From Raillietiella orientalis (Eukaryota), in NCBI GenBank assembly GCA_036172245.1, contig JAYWIR010000017.1, positions 186,001-250,000 on the forward strand: 64,000 nucleotides of DNA, given 5' to 3'. The translations under genes and the position numbers were made by a program. Below, piece after piece: positions 12,601 through 23,572 of this stretch (the stretch's first letter is position 1; each line of letters opens with the position of its first letter). Under the pieces are notes generated by a model, which saw only the letters and a list, made by a program, of their open reading frames with translations, made no database searches and was not told the DNA's origin.

Positions 12601-15600
12601 ATTTTCTAACATAGAAATCAAGAATGTTTTCCACGTCTCTTATGAATCTATCATTCTGGGAAAACGGGATAATGGTTTAGCTGAGTCTTCTAAGATCGTT
12701 AAAAGGCTGAAAAGTTGTTTTAATACTAAGTACACGGTTGAAAGGAATTTTGAAAGATGAAACCAATTTTTACATAAGGGCGAACAGACGATTCACGATT
12801 TACCATAAATGACCATTCAACTTTTATGATGTTCCTCGTCTGTTCCAAATGGAACTGTTTCCAAATTTGGACTCTCAAATGTCCAAAACCGACTGCGACA
12901 CTTAGTGTTCAAAGGGAGAACAGAAGTTCCCTTACTTTATTTCTTGTTCCCAGAAACAAGCATTTTTATTACACTGGCAAATAGCTGATGAATTTATTTT
13001 TACATTATTCGTCAAGCCAGACTACTCAAATGAATGACAATGAGGCTACTACAAAGAATTCATTCATTAGATAATATCGATGATATTCATTCATTAAACA
13101 TTTTCTGGAAATACGACATCAGCATACAAAAATGAATGTATTTTCAAAAAGTTGGACAAATTGGACGCAAAAAATATAACTTCCTGAATCTGAATGCAGG
13201 AAACGGATTTTTTTTGTTTTTTGTTTACATAAGGCATATGCATTCAGCAGAATATTCGAATGCTAAAAGATATTAGCCCTGCCTGCGTTAATATTGCATT
13301 TTTCCCTTGTTAATCTTAAGAAAATATTTTCTAAAGCTTCCCCACCCTACAATTCACACTTTTTTTCGAAGTACCCTATCATTTATTATTACGATGTAAA
13401 TGCTGATGACTTGAGTTTTCTCCTATTTTTCTCCTATCCATACTGGCATGCATAAGACATTCTTGTTTGCCTGAAGGAACCTGCCCTGATCGTGGCTTTA
13501 TCTCTTCTGCTCTGTGTTCAGAGTCAACACCTGAATTACACAAATAACCGTTTTGGCTTAATCCACAGTAGTTGTTTGTATCGGAGGAACAAAGAAGCAA
13601 CATGACTTTGTATTTCTGGACTCTATAATCCCCTGATCATGCTAAGCCCTGCACTTTTACTAAATGCAGCGTTATAAACTAGAATGCATATCTTATGAAA
13701 CTATTTTTTAATAACCAGTCGTCCATTTTCAGCCATTTGAATTGATATTTATCAAATACCTGTTTCTTGATATATCTAGATGCTGGAAGGAGAGCGATCA
13801 ATCCGGATGCGGGACTGTCCTGAATGTACACACAATGGACGTATATACAAGCATTAGTTCTGATTTCAAATAGTAAGAAAAATAAAGTTAAGCAAGGCAT
13901 GACCGTCAAAGACTACATTTTCATGTGAAAATTCAATTTTCAGAATAAAGTTCTTGACACCATTTGCGGGCTTCCTCTCAAAAGGCAGCAACCATGGTGG
14001 ATGTAAGGCATGTTATCATGATAAGTTAAGAGGATTTGAGACACGACCGATAATAAATGCTTATCTTGCAAAACTTTATATTCACAAAAATTGCAAGCTA
14101 TCATAAGTTTTACCATGCATCCTCAGTTTCGCAAAAATTCAAAACAATATATCATGAATTCCAATTTTACACAAAAACGAGATTATTAAATATCTAACAC
14201 AACATCACTATTAAACATTTTAATCGTAGCTTCTGTGTCGTGAAATAATAAGCATTTTCAAAATTACCGCTCGATAACTGGATTTAACGCAGCATCTGCG
14301 GGCATGAAAGCATGAAATCTTTCAAAAATTACAAACTGTTTATTACAAAGGTTCTTGTTACGAAGTCAAAAGCTGGAGCACTATCACAACTACTGGGCGA
14401 CATGATTCCTTCAAATGTTTATTTATATCAAAAGAATTCAAAGCAATCCATCGAAACCCCCTTCAATCAGGCGTTTTCCTAGATGATTTATTAACAAAAT
14501 GCTCCTTTGATGCAAATAACCTATTTGGAACATGAATACCTTTGAATCAGATGGGCCACCAAGACATGAAGGATTATAAATGGCGAGAACTGGATCCGGC
14601 CATGCTATTATTAAAACGTAAAATAAATAAAATGATAACAAAGACATTAAGGAAACATACGACATCTGTGAACCACAATGAGCTCAACAACTCATTCAAA
14701 ATTGAACAACTAAGTGTGTCCACCTTCAAAGAAATTGTAACTAAATCAAATATTGTTCAGCCCTAATAGATATTGCAAACCATGATAGACTGCTACTTTA
14801 TTCTGCAAAAAAATTGTGATTAAAACATTATAAAGAAGCAAGGTGCTATCTTTCAGTTTTCCAGATTTAAAGCTCTTTCTAATGGTTTTCTATAAATAAT
14901 AAATTAGGCCACAAATACTCTAAAATAATACTCCAATTGGAAAAATGCCCCTCTCCTGCTCCTGCCTGATATTTTAAAAGACAACTCTTTTATCACACTT
15001 TAATCTAGGTGTACCATACGAATTTTTGACATAAATAGAAATCATATGCATCAGCGTCTAGGAAATACTTGGGAAAAGGTATGGTTCCAATAATTTGCAT
15101 GTTAAAATAAAATAAAAAGGCTTGGAATTCTACTTTATATCACACAAATAGTATTTATTACTTTTCTCGAAATGCAAACTAACGAAAACTATTTTAAGCC
15201 ATTTCTAACATATTCATGTGAAATCTCTCAAGAGCATTGTTTGTTACTGCTTGGGTCACTCCTAAGAAAATTCTTATCAGAAACACCAACCACCCACATA
15301 ACTATGCTTAGAATTACTCACATATTAAACATCAATATCCAAATTTTATTTCATGCTTTGTAACTAAATGAAACAAGTAAAGTAAATGGCCAGAAATTTT
15401 TTTGAAACTTAATACTACAACTTGACTTGACCTAAACATTTTTGCAGTTTGCCAGAAAACTCAACTTTCATAAAAACTGAAAATAACATACCTGCAAACC
15501 ATATCATTATGTACACCATCACCAATATCTATGCATTCTTCCCCAAGGTCTTCACTCACTGATGATCGAGTATTCATTGAAGCAGCAGATGCTCCAGTAG

Positions 15601-16441
15601 TTGTGTTTCTTCTCTTTGCAAGTAGTGTTCTGAGCCGTGAGGCATAACCTAAATTCACTGTCATACTTTGACTATCATAATGGGCAAAAAACTTTCTCCG
15701 TTCTTCATCAAATACATAGTGATTGCAAGGATTGTATTTTTCATTCCGAACTTCAAAATTCAACGTTGCACGAGTTTTTTTACGAAACAACACTGACTCT
15801 GCATATGCACATTTGCCTTTGTTTTTCACCTTCTCCTTAGTATCCCAGAACTTGGAAAACTTATTTTTAAACTTTGGACTACATGGGCCACTTGTGTCAT
15901 CAACCATAATATTATTCACATCAACCGAAACGTTTTCTGTTTTTTCTAGCTTACCACATAATAATTCTGCCACTTTTTCAGGACCTGGACTACGCTGATC
16001 TTGCTCAATGTTCCTGAAGTCACGCAGCATTGCAAAAAAGTTTTCACCTGTGTTACCCACAACATCAATAGCATTTTGACTTCCATACTCCCTTTTGGAA
16101 TCTTTGCTTTTAGCATGTTTATTCTCTAGATTCAAATTACTGTTGCTACGGAAAACTGAACCATCATTTATTACACTTGGTTGTGAGGACAAAAAACACC
16201 TTTTTTTCCCAGAAAGAGATCTTGTGGCATATTGTTCTTTTATTTGAGTACATTTCCGCCGATGATTTTTTTCATTATATGATGCACGTGTATTGTAGGT
16301 AGCAAAATTGAATTCTTTAACACTGCTATTGTTTAAATATGTCTTTGAATTACTAGTATTGTGATACAGTTCAACAGAAGGTACAGCATCCCAATTATCA
16401 ATGCAGTCTTCCTTAGCATCATCATTCACACCTTCTTCCAT
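2815..16441 (-). CDS. SIPA1L: Signal-induced proliferation-associated 1-like (SIPA1L/SPAR family) Rap GTPase-activating protein, 12 coding exons, ~1299 aa
   Basis: Exons read by hand with GT-AG ends and consistent phases: 16441-15492, 10346-10090, 6702-6503, 6441-6320, 5547-5309, 5252-5149, 5087-4930, 4876-4770, 4724-4590, 4534-4294, 4246-3703, 3657-2815 (sum 3900 nt). Family motifs: [75 protein letters not shown], catalytic [23 protein letters not shown] ([29 protein letters not shown]), DRWFD, LDWNALV, C-terminal coiled coil [16 protein letters not shown]. Confidence 0.95.
3703..4246 (-). CDS. SIPA1L: SIPA1L coding exon 11 (PDZ domain)
   Basis: [52 protein letters not shown]. Confidence 0.9.
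4294..4534 (-). CDS. SIPA1L: SIPA1L coding exon 10
   Basis: [29 protein letters not shown]; donor AG|GTAGTA. Confidence 0.88.
4590..4724 (-). CDS. SIPA1L: SIPA1L coding exon 9
   Basis: [28 protein letters not shown]; donor C|GTGAGC. Confidence 0.9.
4770..4876 (-). CDS. SIPA1L: SIPA1L coding exon 8
   Basis: [25 protein letters not shown]; donor A|GTAAGC. Confidence 0.9.
4930..5087 (-). CDS. SIPA1L: SIPA1L coding exon 7 (catalytic helix with Asn thumb)
   Basis: [40 protein letters not shown] (not in the ORF track). Confidence 0.92.
5149..5252 (-). CDS. SIPA1L: SIPA1L coding exon 6 (RapGAP domain)
   Basis: [29 protein letters not shown]; donor CAG|GTGAGT. Confidence 0.92.
5309..5547 (-). CDS. 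SIPA1L: SIPA1L coding exon 5 (RapGAP domain)
   Basis: [48 protein letters not shown]; donor T|GTAAGA. Confidence 0.92.
6320..6441 (-). CDS. SIPA1L: SIPA1L coding exon 4
   Basis: [31 protein letters not shown] (not in the ORF track); donor TG|GTGAGT. Confidence 0.88.
6503..6702 (-). CDS. SIPA1L: SIPA1L coding exon 3
   Basis: [32 protein letters not shown]; donor GAG|GTAAGA. Confidence 0.9.
10090..10346 (-). CDS. SIPA1L: SIPA1L coding exon 2
   Basis: TTTCAG acceptor, [36 protein letters not shown], donor AAG|GTAAGG. Confidence 0.9.
11650..11980 (-). mobile_element. Degenerate mariner-type transposase fragment (N-terminal DNA-binding region) in SIPA1L intron 1
   Basis: Translation [48 protein letters not shown] resembles the mariner pattern GRE.VEDE.RSGRPS.S.TDE....V..LI..DRR.TI.E.A..ILHD.L; contains stops and frameshifts. 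A separate 'QRLI-VGDETNF' (DDD/E catalytic-like) piece lies at ~12090-12130. Confidence 0.5.
15492..16441 (-). CDS. SIPA1L: SIPA1L coding exon 1 (N-terminal region)
   Basis: ATG at 16441; [43 protein letters not shown]; donor CAG|GTATGT at 15491. A candidate acceptor (TTTCTGCAG) near 16528 suggests an upstream untranslated exon. Confidence 0.9.
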
Positions 16442-17039
16442 GATAAATAGAAATTAGACATATTAAGAAAAACACCTAGCTTCTGTCTCTTGCATAGTTA
16501 TTAACCTTCATTTTACTGAGAACTTTACTGCAGAAATAAATTATCATAATTTAGAAGGTTACATTTTGCAACGTAACCTAAGAATGACAAGACAATCATC
16601 ATAAGAACATGTACTTTCAAAGCATGGAACCTAAGCATTGCATTGATAAAAAATAGCAAAAACAATTCTTAGTGAAAGGAATGATTGTATGCCATATTTA
16701 TTACACTAAAATCATATGTACATATTGTTAATTGCAGAATTTCACAGGAGCTAGAGTTAATATGTTAAACAAATGGTAATTCAAAGAGCAGGAAAATGTA
16801 ATACTTGAAAATGAATCCTGTAAATTTTTTTTTCTGATTCAAAATCTCTAATGTAAAAATGCAGGTGAAACTTCAGATCACAATTTCGAAGTGAATAAGA
16901 ATACCTTGAGTAAAATATACAAATTTATAACTAAGAATCCTGGACTTAGTTGAAAAAAAAAACATTGCATGAAACTTTGAAACACTGTGCTTATGCATAA
17001 ACACAATTCTTGAAATTTCATCAGATCATTATCACAGAC

Positions 17040-17065
17040 TTTCATTCCATTCTAATGGAATGAAA
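17040..17065. repeat. Perfect 12-bp inverted repeat with 2-nt spacer
   Basis: TTTCATTCCATT CT AATGGAATGAAA. Confidence 0.85.
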
Positions 17066-20000
17066 TTCCATGACATAGTACTGAACATATTACTACTAAC
17101 AGTAATTCCTACAATTTGCTCGACTATTCTTACATTAAATTGAATGTAAAAAATCTAGAAACCTTTCAGAAACTTTAAAAATACATCAAATGAACATTTT
17201 TTGTGTGACAGTAGATATGTCAATAAATAAAAGAACATTTCAAAATTATTAACTCCAAGATTCTTTTATTACATAATGTTTTACCGGCCATTTAATCTAA
17301 GGGTGGATAAAAACCAAGACCAGAGTTGATAATAATAATTTAAAAAGGCATAAAATGAATGCCAAATCAACAGACTTATAATATTTAAATACAATACATT
17401 TAATTTAATTTAATTTCAGAATAGAGAATAACAATAGATTTAGCATCAAAATATTGGAGACAAATTCCCTGAGTAACCTCAGAATAACAATTGTAATAGA
17501 ATAAACCACACAAATGCTTTATGAAGAAACTATTTTTACAATTTTCAGAACCATCTACGTAGTTTTTACTAAACATTCACATTCATAAATCTTTCTGAAA
17601 TCAATGCAACAAAAATATGCTACTTCAAACGTTCGAAATACAATTATTAGGATTTTTTTTTTCCACCACATTATGAATTCTTCAATTCAATAAAACTGAT
17701 AATTTCATCACTGTTTTACAAACATTATGCCACTAAACCATCATGTATAAAACAGCAGCTACAATAAGCTGTAAAATGTTCACACATCTAAGTGCTTTTA
17801 AAAATTCTTCAGATTTCACCAAAAAAAACTGCAACCTTTTTACAGCAACTAGACAGCACAAAATCCTTGGCCACAATTCTAACCAGGGGATGAATAAAAA
17901 ACCTTAAATTCTAATTTATGTGTGCATTGGATTACATATATTTTATTGATCTGTCATTCACTATGACTTACCTACTTTATTTAGATATCTTTGTTATATA
18001 TCTTTCCTCATTTCGATTCCTAAAACACCTTGCATTTCGCGAACATATATAAAAATAACTTAGTGAATGCATATAAAAATTAAAGATACGAATACAGAAC
18101 TCAACTCCAAATTCGGCAAAAGAAACATCAACAACAAAATTCGAGCAACAAATATTATAGGGATCTAGAAATTACTAAACAGATCTGCTCCATTTTCGCC
18201 AAATTGAAAGGAAAAAGCATTACAGGGAACTATATTGCAATGCATTGAATATATTTTGTGAATATGACGACTGAGCATGTAATTCCTTATAAGAAACTTG
18301 GCTCAAACTGAGAATCTCCCATATAACTGTGCGGAATAATAAGAATCTCAACATTTAAACTTGCCACTGTGAGTATAATTCAAATTTTCCCCTTCTATAA
18401 TGAGATTCGATTGCAAAAACACCGTTAAACTGAAATTATTGATGACAAAATCGCATCCACAACTTCACACATAAGGGTCAAACGGCGTGGAAATTTATAG
18501 ACTTTAAACTGCAAAATGAACAATTTGAAGGATTCAAATAATCGCAAAAACTTTGCAGGTGAATGTAACAGAAACAACTAAACAAAGACTATATATCAGC
18601 AGGCTTACCAAACTAACCTTAAAGAAAATTATTTGAGAATATTTAATAATAATGAAGGCAATAACTAAGATTGTGATTATCAAATAATTTTGAAGCAATA
18701 ATTATTGGAAGCAATTTCATCTAATTCAACAAAAAATTTTTATTATCAAAGAGCTGAAATAAAAGTATTCATTGCTTGTTTTGAACAGCGTAAACTATAA
18801 ATTTGTATATTTATCGTTTACTCTGTTATATTTTATGCATTCATGTCTACCGTAGGCAGTGCATACAATTATAGCAACAACTGTTGATCAGAAACTCTAA
18901 ACCTGAATTTTTATAATGATATATTTGATTAAATACTTTCCCTTTTTTTAAAGCTATAATCAGGAAATAGGTCAGAAGGAAAGGAAGGCTTATAATGACA
19001 CGAAATTACAGGTATTTGTGTTCTTCATGTATGTTTGAGAATGTTTTCTAAGAAACAGCTGACTTTCAAGTGGTATCGTATTGACACACTGAGAAAATTT
19101 ATGGAAACAGAAAAAGATTGCAATAATACCACAGTATAGCAATAATGCAGATTACAACCAAGATAGATTGTCAAAATTACCAATTATGTGTCAGATAATC
19201 TATTTAAAAAATTGGAACATCTCACATAGCTCTTCTATTGTTTGCTAAATGATTTCTGAATATGAACTGGAATTTTTCTGTATTAAGATAGTTGGAATTT
19301 TCTGTCTGAATTTAATAACAAGAGGAACTGGACAACAAAAATACACTTTTCGTATTCTTTTCTGTTTTAATAAAATGGTACTTTTCTATGAAAAAAATCT
19401 TCAACGTCATCAGTGTTTTCAAATCAGAATTATCGGCATATATCATGTAAAAATGTGCAACTATTTCCTTGTTTTTGAGCAAATTCTTTTGCAAACCAAG
19501 TTTGTTTGTTTGTTTTTTCTGGTTTACTAACTGAAAACCGTAAAGTGTTTACCATTCAAAACACATTTTTCGTCGTCATACAACTTTTCTCAACGACGAA
19601 ATTTTAAGATAGAATTGTCTATTGGGTAGACATCCAATGTAGGGTTTATAAGCACATTCAATGAGCACATTGGAATTATCATGAAATTGAACTTTCAATG
19701 AAACATTTTTTGCATCCTTTATTCTAACTTTACTTTCTAATTTTTTCATGAAAAATTCATTGATTTTCTTGCTTGATTTGTTCGTGGGTTTGTCCTCTAT
19801 GCTACTAGTTGTTCGTTGTTTATGGTTTTTGACATTCAAATTCAATGTCCACCGAGTCACTACTATGGGAAAGAAACGAAATGCCATCTATACTTGCAAT
19901 CTCTGTATTTACAAAAATGAGCAAATGTTTGGAGGACATGGATATAAGAAAAAAAATCCATTAAGTCAAAATCGATTATTGGATTTTGAATATAGTTTTA

Positions 20001-22455
20001 GTCTTAGCAGTTATCAAATCGTTGTCATTCTTTACCTCAGTCTCTTTGGAAGAGGGGTTCCAACGCTATGAGCATATTTTCCAAGATATATTCCATCAGG
20101 AATGAGTCTAATCTTACCAGGAACAGCTAATAACCCTAACCTACGAAAAGTATGTTCTAGAATCTGCCCTTCGAAAAAGTAAGATAGAACCCTTATAATA
20201 AAAATTATAATCTGATAGATGGAGAAAACGAAAAGAAAAACTAAAACAAAGTATTTATTGAGTAGAAGAAGATTTTTAGTAAACATAGGGAAATAAAACT
20301 AATAAAAATTCTATTCTTGCCATCGTGGCAAAATCAGACACGCTTCTTAATACCAAAAAATAAAATAAAATGGACAGATCTTTTAAAGGATAGTTTGCTT
20401 TTAATATGGAGGATTAAATACCAAAATTCGTAATTTAGAATCTAAACGCGAAGTATGTATGTAAAAGTTCCAAGGTGTCTCATGCACCAACGAAGCTGAG
20501 GTGTTCGATGGCTCGAACCTAATATTCGTATTTCTTGAACCATATTGTTTATAATATTGGGAGTATTAAGAGCGCTTGAGATCTGGAGATAAGAAAAGAA
20601 GTTTTAAGTTTTTTGAGATATATCCCATACAACGATTAGACGATACCATCGTCTGTAAATGTGCAAGGATTTTTCCAGAACTAGTGACCTTCAATGATGG
20701 TGTCCACAGCAGCTGTGATTTCTATCTTTCATAATGCAACCACAATGTATTACATTTTATTTCTGTACATTGTATTCTCGAAAGATCCCTTTACTAAAGA
20801 ACAGATTGAGCAGAGATAAACGAGCTAACCAAGGTATTCTGTTAAAACTTCCAGGAAAGACGCCTGCATCATGAAAATGCTTGCTGCACTATTCTAGAAC
20901 TTCACTTAAAATATTCTGTCTGTTCATCACATCCGAAAGTTGTTGCTTTCAATTTGCTCTTATCTCTTAAAGTAGAGAAATTGTATTTGCTCAAGAGAAT
21001 TTCAGATAACCATGGCCATTCCAGCCTTTTCATGACAGATGGTCATAAAACTCCGAAGGTAGAAACAACACGCCTCGGTGTTTTTAAGCTTCAGCAATGT
21101 CATGTGGATGATGCAATGGCGGCTTCATGCAGAGCTCCCACGTTCTGCTTGTCTGTTTCTTATTAAGATGGAAAGGCACTCCATTCGTAAATTAAACATT
21201 GAAAATAACTCTAGGCTCTTTCCAAATTGAGGAAATCAGCACACTGAAGATTCTAATGTAACCATCATCATTTTTTCAGTGAATACTTTTAGGATTATCG
21301 GTATAGCAATGTTCTCTTGTTTGTGGAGACTCTCAGAATTCGAACAAGGGTTTACGGAAATTCCATATTTTCTGGTGCTCTCAACGACTTCCAATTTCTT
21401 TACTCTTATCCGACAGTAAAAAGCACGGCTATCCTTTGCTACTTGTTTCTTCTAATGTTTGCTCTTACACGCGGATGCGCAAGGCTTTTTTCCTTTTCTC
21501 CCGATGGAATCTTATAAAAACCTACTTGCCCTGCGGTGTGTTGCCTCGCTTCCAAACCCCTGGGGTTGCGTCTTCGGATCACCATTCAAATAATCTAGTT
21601 CCATCGACCTGTCTACTCGGTTTAGATGTCCCTTAAAGGGTCCCTCAGAATGGTACGTTCTCCAGCTCAAAGTTGCTTCTGATTTGTTCTACAAGCATGA
21701 TAAGTAGTGTGCATGATTTCTCTAAAACCTCGAAGTTTGAAACAAATTATATGTTTATAGCAATTCTAATGAGAACTGCATTGAAGCTAACAAACTGTTT
21801 TCAGAAAAGAGTTTACTAGGTGACGGAAAAAGAATCGCATCAACAGAAGTGAACAGACAAGGGAAAAAAACTGGTCATCGAACAAAGGAGAAAATGCTAA
21901 GGCGCGTACGTTTCCGATTGGAATTTGGAAGAGTCAGCTAGTGGCCATCAACGGATACACCACGTATGTGTGCTGGGATCCCAGCTTTTCTGCCATAAGT
22001 GGCGAGTTGAAATGGGAACAGAAAGGCAGAAGGCCGCTCCGAGGATGTTAGGTGAGCGAAGGATTGCTCCGATTCGATCCCTCTGAAGTAGATGGCAAAC
22101 TGCTGCCAATAACACCGTACATGGATACACTCCAAATTCCTCTCCAAGAAACGGAAGAGAAGAGGATAGTCCGCTTCATCTTTAGTCGGTCATTGAAATG
22201 ATTTCCGAGATGGTTGCTTTCCACGAAATTCCATTGCAGCTGCAATTTTTCTTTTCTTTTGTCCTTTTCTTTTGGAATATGGAAAGAACAAGCGATACCC
22301 CAGTTGCTCCTGGCAAGAATCTCGAATTGTCGTACGAAGTGTTCTATAATTCTGGATAACTAGTCCAGTAAAGCAACGGCTGAAGGTGGTGCGGTACAAT
22401 GGCAGAATTGCAGATGTTGGATACCAGAGCTACATTTGTTTAAGCAACATTAAAG

Positions 22456-23572
22456 ATGTGCGAAGAAGTTGATGCACCTCATGACATGTTTCCTTCAACC
22501 GTGGGAAGACCGAGATCTCAAGGAGTCATGATCGGTACGCGAGGAAACGACAGTTAAATAGGCGGTGATTCTCAGTCAATGAGGGACATCTTAACCTTAA
22601 AATAACCAATTGAAGATGGAACTGTTACCAATTGGGACCACACGGAAAAGATATGGAAGCCACTTTTTTATAATGAATTTCGTGTTGCACTCGAAAAGCA
22701 TCCTGTGTTACTCAACGGAGGCTCCACTCAGTCCGAAGGCTAAATGTAAAGAAACAAATCAGGTAGAAATACGTTTTATTAGAAAGTCATCTTCTCTTGT
22801 AGATAATCTTTGCAACTTTTCATACTCCAGTCATGTATGTGGCCATTCAAGAAGTGTTATCACTGTATGCATCCGGTCAAATTACAGGCACCGTACTCGA
22901 CTCCAGAGATGGCTTTTCTCATACAGTGCCCATTTACCAAGAGTACACCCTTCCTCGTGCCATTTTGTGATTGGATATGGCTGGATGTGACTTCATGGAT
23001 TACTTAATGAAGACTTTAACAGAGCGTGGCAACTCTTTCACGACAACAGCTGGAAGAGAAATTGTGCAGCACATCCAAGATAAGCTATGCTATCTGGCCC
23101 TAGACTTTGAACAAGAAATAGCCACAGCCGCATCCTCTAGCTCTTTGGAAAAGTCCTATGAATTGCCAGATGGCCAGGTCGTCACACTTGGCAACGAACG
23201 CTTCCGATGATCCGAAGCGCTTTTCTACCATCCTTTCTGGGTATGGAATCGTGAGGAATGCACGAAAGCACGTACAATTCCATCGTGAAATGCAGTGTTG
23301 ACATGCGCGAGGAACTCTAAGCCAACCTGGTCTTGTCCGAAGGTACAACCATATATCCTGGCATTGAGAACCGTATGCAAAAGGAAATTAGCCCTCTCGT
23401 ACCCAGCACTATGAAGATAAAAACCATTGCTTCTCCTGAAAGAAGGAACTCGCCTTGGATAGGCTGCTCCATTTTTGTGTCTGTTTGTCTGTCTACTTTC
23501 CAACAAACGTGGATCAGTAAACAAGAATATGATGAATCTGGAACACCCATCGTACACAGAAAGTGTTTTTTA
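22456..23572 (+). pseudogene. Act: Actin pseudogene (unprocessed; retains a 40-nt intron at 22763-22802)
   Basis: ATG TGC GAA GAA.. [137 protein letters not shown]. Several in-frame stops and frameshifts; the terminal stop reads TTA. Confidence 0.95.
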
